Part shown: piece by piece, positions 57,110 to 64,000 of the stretch
Position numbering within the stretch: the first letter of the stretch is position 1
How the letters are laid out: each line of letters begins with the position of its first letter
From: Amoebidium appalachense
Lineage: Eukaryota > Protista > Ichthyosporea
Direction of reading: 5' to 3'
DNA length: 64,000 nucleotides
Assembly (NCBI GenBank): GCA_963693365.1
Contig: CAVNZM010000002.1
Span: 7,098,454 to 7,162,453, forward strand
Position numbers and translations under genes: made by a program
Notes under the pieces: generated by a model
The model's database searches: none
Told to the model about the DNA's origin: nothing
What the model saw: only the letters and a program-made list of their open reading frames with translations

Positions 57110-60100
57110 ATGGCTTCACATAGTACAAGTGAGATGGCCTCGACCGTCGCGTTGGAAATGGATGAAACGGACTCAGACTCCAAAAAGGGAGACGGGCCTG
57201 AAGTGTCGCGTGGTTTCCACGACGACTTGGCACACACGGGCGATGATGACTACGATGACGAGCCTTCTTTCTACAAAACGAACAAGGCCAAGATTAATCT
57301 CGGTCTAAAATTAACGCTCTTGGCATGCTTTTGCGCCTACTTCATCGCTGCAATGGCGCTTGATTTCCAGCGGGCCATTCCCTTAGTGGGCATCACTGCG
57401 TTCGTGGCGTTTTGCGTCATGTGGGCCTTTGTGAGCGACCATTACGGGGATCAAATCACGCGCAATGTGTTCCGCCCGTTGGCGAATTTCTGCAGTGCAA
57501 GGTGGGGCCTTCTACGCTGGGTGTGTCTTGCAGTTCTTTTGACCTTGATCGGTCTGTTTATTGGTATGGATGTTGCCGGGGATTGGCACCGGCTCATCTC
57601 GCTCTGTGGAATGGCTACCATGCTTGGGCTCTGTTGGCTTGGCTCATGGAGGCGGAACCGTATCCGCTGGCGCCCTGTTTTCTGGGGTCTGGGTATCGAA
57701 ATTGCCTTCGGATTCTTGGTTCTCAAGTGGCCCCCAGGCTACACTGCTCTCGAATGGTTGTCGGGACATGTTTCAAGATTCCTGCTGTATTCAGACGAGG
57801 GCGCCATTTTCGTGTTTGGTGACGCATATATGGACCACTTCTTTGCCTTCAAGGTGCTGCCGGTGGTGATCTTCTTTGCGGCGTTCATGGGCATCTGCTA
57901 CTACTTCGGCCTCATGCAGGTGCGGAGGGTTTCCTGTACACCCCTACTCCATCTCCCCATTTCTTCCCCCCCCCCCCCCCCCCCCTCCCCCCCCCCCCCC
58001 CCCCCCCGCCCCCTGCCCCCTCCTCCCCCTAGTCTACCTGTGCCCATCTGCAAAAGTTGGCACAACCATGTTGCACCTACAACAACAAACGGTTGCCGCA
58101 TCAGCTTTTACCCAGTGTGATTTGAAACCAAGAGAGCCTATTTTTGCCCAGTGAGGAAGGCTTATCTTTTTTCCAAAACCTCCCACCGCAACACCACGTA
58201 AACGGTTATGTTGTACCCAAACCAACACATATCCTGTCCACCCAGATGATCATTTCCAAGATCTCGTGGGTCATGCAAGTGACCCTCGGTACATCTGCCG
58301 CCGAGTCTCTCAATGCCGCCGGCAACATCTTCCTGGGCCAGACCGAGGCACCCCTCCTCATCAAGCCGTTCTTACCCGAAATGACGATGTCCGAGTTGCA
58401 TGCCGTCATGACGGGTGGGTTTGGCACCATTGCCGGCAGTGTCATGGCCGCATTCATCGGCTTCGGCATCTCTCCCAGTTCTCTGATGGCTGCATCCGTG
58501 ATGGCGGTAAGCAAGAATACTACCCCCCTTTTCCCTAATGCCTTTAGTTATTTTCCATTTGTTTGCGCTCATGGAGCCTGCCCCCCCTCCCCCCCCCCCC
58601 CCCCCCCCCCTCCCCACCAAAAAAAAAAAAGACATGCATGTCTTCTCTCAATCCACTACTCGTTTTTGCCTTTCCTTTGCTGAGTGTCTGCTATAACCCA
58701 CATCACCTTGTCTTCCTTCACTCTCTCACTCCTACACCTCCTGTCCACACAGTTCCCGTCTCAGTGACCACCCAATTCCCATCTAATCACACAGTTCCCA
58801 TCTAATCACAATATTTCCGTCTAATCACAACACAGTTCTCGTTAATTAAACCACCCTTATCTGTATCTCCCTATGGGTGACTTAGCTTGGGCCTCGACTG
58901 GGAGCATTGTGTTATCCATAGTGAATGTGTGCTTCGACTCTTGACACCCACTCCACCTCCTCCCCTCCCCCTCTCTCCCCCCCCCCCCCCCCTCTCTTCC
59001 CCCCTCCCCCCTCTTTCGTTTGCACCATCACACAATTACCCCCTGCCTCCTTTTGCCTAACTCAACAAACTCATTCACACATGCACACGCGCGCACACCC
59101 ACCCACACACACACACACGTACAAACACACACACGTACAAACACATACACAGGCACCCACAGCTCTTGCCCTTACCAAGGTAGTCTATCCCGAGACCGAA
59201 ACCTCCGTTACCGCTGCCGGCAGCGACTTTGTTATGCCAAAGTCGGAGGCAGGAAACGTCATCGAAGCCGCAGCAAAGGGTGCAAGTGACGCCGTTCCCC
59301 TGGTGGCAAACATTGCCGCAGCTATGATTGCCTTTGTGTCTCTGCTCGGTTTCATCAACAACGTGTTCCAGTTTGTCGGCTGGATGGTGGGCATCGAGGG
59401 GTTCACCTTCGAGTTTGTGTGCTCGTACGTGCTACGTCCGTTGGCGTTCTTGATGGGTGCCCCGTGGGACGAGGCTGGATTGGTCGGTTCTCTCCTTGGA
59501 TTGAAAACGTTCGTCAACGAGGTGTGTGCACATGTCCATCCCCCCCCCCCCCCCCCCCCCCCCCCCTCCCCCTCCCCTCCTCCTCTCCCCTGAGCACGGG
59601 CACGGGCACGGACCCAAAACGACACAACACACACAGACCCTCCCCCCCCCCCCCCCCCCCCCCCAACCCCAACTCCCCCTTCCCCTCCCTCTCAACCGCT
59701 CTCTGCTAGATTACACGTCATCCTCAAACCCCCCCCCGCCCCCCCTCCCCCCTTCCCCCCCCTCCCCACACACACAAGGTGATACCCATGCTCCCTCCTA
59801 TCAACGGTTGCACCTTAGCACTAACACTCCAAGTAAATCCTTCCTTCCATCTTTGGTATTTTTGGATTGAGAAGTGTTTTAGCCTACTTTTCTCATAGAA
59901 CACACTATTCTCATAGAAAACATACAACCATTGCCTTTAGACTTCTAGAACCTCCAATCCTTGATGGTAATATCTGAACAGGACATTACAAGCATACCGG
60001 CATGTAGTTACATTATGTTCTCTGTACATGATTTTTCTTGTGCTACATAACCTTTATCTACCCTCCCCCTCCCTCACCTCCCTCCTCCTCCCCTGCCCTG

Positions 60101-61869
60101 CTAATGAATACAACTTGTGTGTGCTCTGCACTTAACATTGTGTTCTCCATCGTGAATTTGTATTTCCGCACTCAATAACAAACTCTAACCGAGCCTCCCC
60201 CTCCCCCTCCTCCCCCCCCTCCTCTCCCCTCCCCCCGCCCCCGCCCCCTCTCACAAAAAACGAACAACAACAACAACAACAACAATAACAACAACAACAC
60301 ACACACAAAAAAAAGTTCGTGGCCTATACCCGTCTCAGTGAGATGGTTGCTGCCGGTCAACTCTGCAAGCGCTCCGAGACGATTGCCACGTTTGCCCTGT
60401 GCGGCTTTGCCAACTTCGGCTCCATTGCCATTCAGATCGGCGGTTTGGGCGCCATGGCCCCCGGCCGTTATAAGGTAACAACCTCATCCCCCCCTCCCCC
60501 CCCCCCCCCCCCCCCCCCCTCCCCCCCTCTTCTTTTCCCTCCCCCTCCTCCCTTCTTCCCCTTTCCCCCTCCCAATCCTCCCCTCCCCCATCCCCACCCC
60601 CTTCTCCCTTTTTTCCTGGAGGGTGTGATGCCGGCACCCAAAGCCCAAGTTATGCTTGCTTGTTTGTGATTGGTGTAGGACTTGCAAAAAACAACGAATA
60701 AGAGGTTGAAGGCGGAAACGGTAGCGGATTTTGTGCGTCTCTCTGGCTGTGTTTGCGCTCTGTTTACTGAACTCTTAGCCCCCCCCCCCCCCCCCCCCCC
60801 CCCCCCGATGCTCTTTCGTTACCCCCACTCCTCCCTTTCCGCCATTTTTCGATTAAATCCCCCCCCCCCCCCCCCCCCCTCCCATGCAACCGGGCATGGT
60901 TGCTCTGTGTCGTGCATCTGTAAGCACATACGCATTTTTCGCTGCACTGCTTTCGTTTGCACACACATCTTCACCGTTTTGCTCACCTTGCTTGCATAAG
61001 CAACCCTGCTCGTCTTTGATCAAGACGGGTTGACCCTCCCAAGTTCAGTTGATGCTGCTGTCTGAGTTGGAGAGTCGTATATACGCGGGCTAAGGGGTCG
61101 AAACTCAAACGCAATTGATGACTTGGGCCCTCCCTGAGGATGGGTTCTGCTTATGACGCATACTGTGCGCATGGCTGATGTTGCATACTTGAATGTTTGC
61201 CTTTGCATGTGTCCTGCACCATGCTTCAAATCGTGTATGCGTACTTCGTACCGTGTTCCGCATTCAAAACCCCCCCTCACACAACAACTCCCAACACACA
61301 CAGAGAGAGAGAGACACACACACGCACACACACATACTCTCTCTCTCTCGCTCTCGTGCTCTAAACGTTTTTTTTACCGTTAGCCTTCCTAGTAACTAGT
61401 CTATACATCATACGAGTTGTCGGTTCGATGCTTGATTGGATCATGGTTGCTAGAAACCTTTAACATAGTTCGGTAGAAATGGAAGTGCAGGACATGCGAG
61501 TCTGTCAGGGTTTTAAGGCTCACATAATTCCTCGTTGTGTTACACAAGAAGGTCCTTCCTTCGTAGATAGAGCCAAAGCTGGCTGTGTTTAGACCTCCTT
61601 TACGGAGTTCAGATTTCTCCGAATTAAGTCGTTGAAACATTTTTAACGGGTAACACTCGACAACCATGGCCGTTCCCTCAAGAGAGTTCGTTTTTTGGTT
61701 TCTTTTAAACCAATTGTACCGATTTTTTCTTCTAAGCAAGGTTACCAAACATGTCATCGCCCACTTCCCATAGTTTACAAGCAAAATTTCACTGCACAGG
61801 CTCACACCTCATTTAATCTCCCATATCTCTTTCATTTCGGGCCACGCTAATCAATCCCTTCTGCCCCGC

Positions 61870-61905
<36 letters not shown>

Positions 61906-62117
61906 CCTCACCCCCACCCTTCCCTCCCTCCCTTTCCCCCCAACCTCCCCCCCTTCCCCACCTGACCCGACCCGATTTGCAGGATTTGGCCCGGATTGCC
62001 TTCAGTGCCATGCTGACGGGTACCATGGTCACGTGGATGAACGCGTCCGTTGCCGGCCTTTTGACGCCATACGACTCATTGCTTATCAAGATGCCCGCTA
62101 CTACCCCCCCTGCCTGA
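57110..62117 (+). CDS. SLC28A: Concentrative nucleoside transporter, SLC28/CNT family, five-exon paralog, 577 aa
   Basis: Exons 57110-57919, 58246-58506, 59153-59521, 60316-60474, 61983-62117. All introns GT-AG and phase 0. The spliced product is colinear with the intronless paralog; TGA stop. Confidence 0.94.
58745..58850. repeat. ~18-20-bp minisatellite (cacagttcccatctaatca-like) in CNT intron 2
   Basis: About five degenerate units visible. Confidence 0.7.
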
Positions 62118-62740
62118 GGAGGTAAAAATAAAGGGCACAAAGGGAACGATAATGTAGGGAGGGGTGGGTAAATGTGTTTGTGTGTGTGTGTGCGTGGGGG
62201 GGGGGGGGGGGAGGGAGGGGGCATGTGTGGTGGTGGTGGTGGTGGTGGTGGTGGGTGGGGGGGGGGGGGGGGAACTCTACGGTACGATATAAATAGGTAA
62301 AGTAGAACAGTGGTCTTGTTTGATGGCACGATAACTTGTTTCTGGTAATAGAGCCTTAACATAGTGTATATTTATCAAAATGATATAATGATAGCTAACG
62401 ATGCACTTATTATAAATAGAAAACATCTACATAGAGCATTGCTCCAGACTTTTTTTCTTTTTTTTTTTCTTTTTTTTTTTCGTTTTTTAAACCGTCGGCT
62501 CAGCCGTCTATTTTCTTTGTAACGACCAAACATAGTCTTTTCACACTGGTGGACTACTTGAAAACCAGTAAATGATTTGGTATGTAAGGAAAATCATGGA
62601 TTTATGTAGCCATGTAAGGGTGGTCGATTACGACCCGGCCAGTTCAACCCTCACATAAGCACGCATATCCCCAGTAAAGCCGTGCAACCAAGTGTTAGCG
62701 GATGTCTCGAGCTCGCAGTTACTCTCTAACACATTCTAAA

Positions 62741-62771
<31 letters not shown>

Positions 62772-63151
62772 TTCTCACCCTCCTCTGCCCCCCTGGCGAC
62801 TCCTGTCAATCAGAGACACACACGCACCGGGTTGCACTAAACATTTTCACCCCACCACCCCCTCCACCAACCGAGCCACAACGGTGTCGTGCTCTCTTAT
62901 CATTTTGAGAAAGACTATTCGTACTAAAACAGTGCACCCTCCTATCACAGCTACATGTCATGTAAGGGGTAGGCTGCTGCTTATAACGTTAATTACAGTA
63001 CACTTTGGCGTTTGCAACACGAAAAGATCAGGGTCATGATCAAGCTTAGCCGTAAGAAAGGTCAACCTGGGAATCATTGCGTATTTGGTGCTCAGAGACT
63101 GACAGACTGCCAGAGATTTTTCCAGAATTCCCAGCTGTCCAGATCCATCCC

Positions 63152-63182
<31 letters not shown>

Positions 63183-63310
63183 AAAAAACCTGGCCACCAT
63201 GGAGAACGTGCCAGTGATCACCATCATGGCCACCACCTATGCAGACACGGCGAAAAGGCACAGACACACGTCGCGCGCACGCGTGCGCACACGCGCACAC
63301 ACAAACACAT

Positions 63311-63982
<672 letters not shown>

Positions 63983-64000
63983 GTATTTCTCTCACTCTGT

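Overview
Eukaryotic genomic DNA with GT-AG introns and very dense (CA)n/(GT)n, (GA)n/(CT)n and poly-C/poly-G tracts, which explain most ORFs in the supplied track. The gene content (TSP1 and calcium-binding EGF adhesion modules, animal-type SLC28 transporters) suggests a holozoan or other opisthokont, but this is inference. Well-supported genes are: an intronless TSP1-repeat type-I membrane protein (981-2282, -); a phase-1 exon array of EGF repeats plus a mucin stalk (21573-27666, +); an intact APE+RT LINE ORF (32047-35241) followed by a decayed 3' fragment of a related LINE; an intronless secreted trypsin (38679-39551); and a head-to-head pair of SLC28/CNT nucleoside transporters, one intronless (49550-51226, -) and one with four phase-0 introns (57110-62117, +). 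Less certain are a long multi-exon orphan gene on the minus strand (~3.8-18.2 kb) with a Tudor-like domain and nonsense codons in its 3' exons, and a divergent partner gene whose exons appear to bracket the EGF cassette. Five MITE-like elements (piggyBac-, Tc1/mariner- and hAT-type ends), a tiny TSD-flanked retroposon, a diverged ~2-kb tandem duplication and several minisatellites were found by eye. I recognised no rRNA, tRNA or CRISPR. All gene models were assembled by hand and need RNA-seq or HMM confirmation; sequence next to homopolymers may contain assembly errors. I cannot claim a proven new system. The best leads are the CNT intron gain/loss pair, the EGF cassette apparently nested in an unrelated gene, and the Tudor-like orphan locus.
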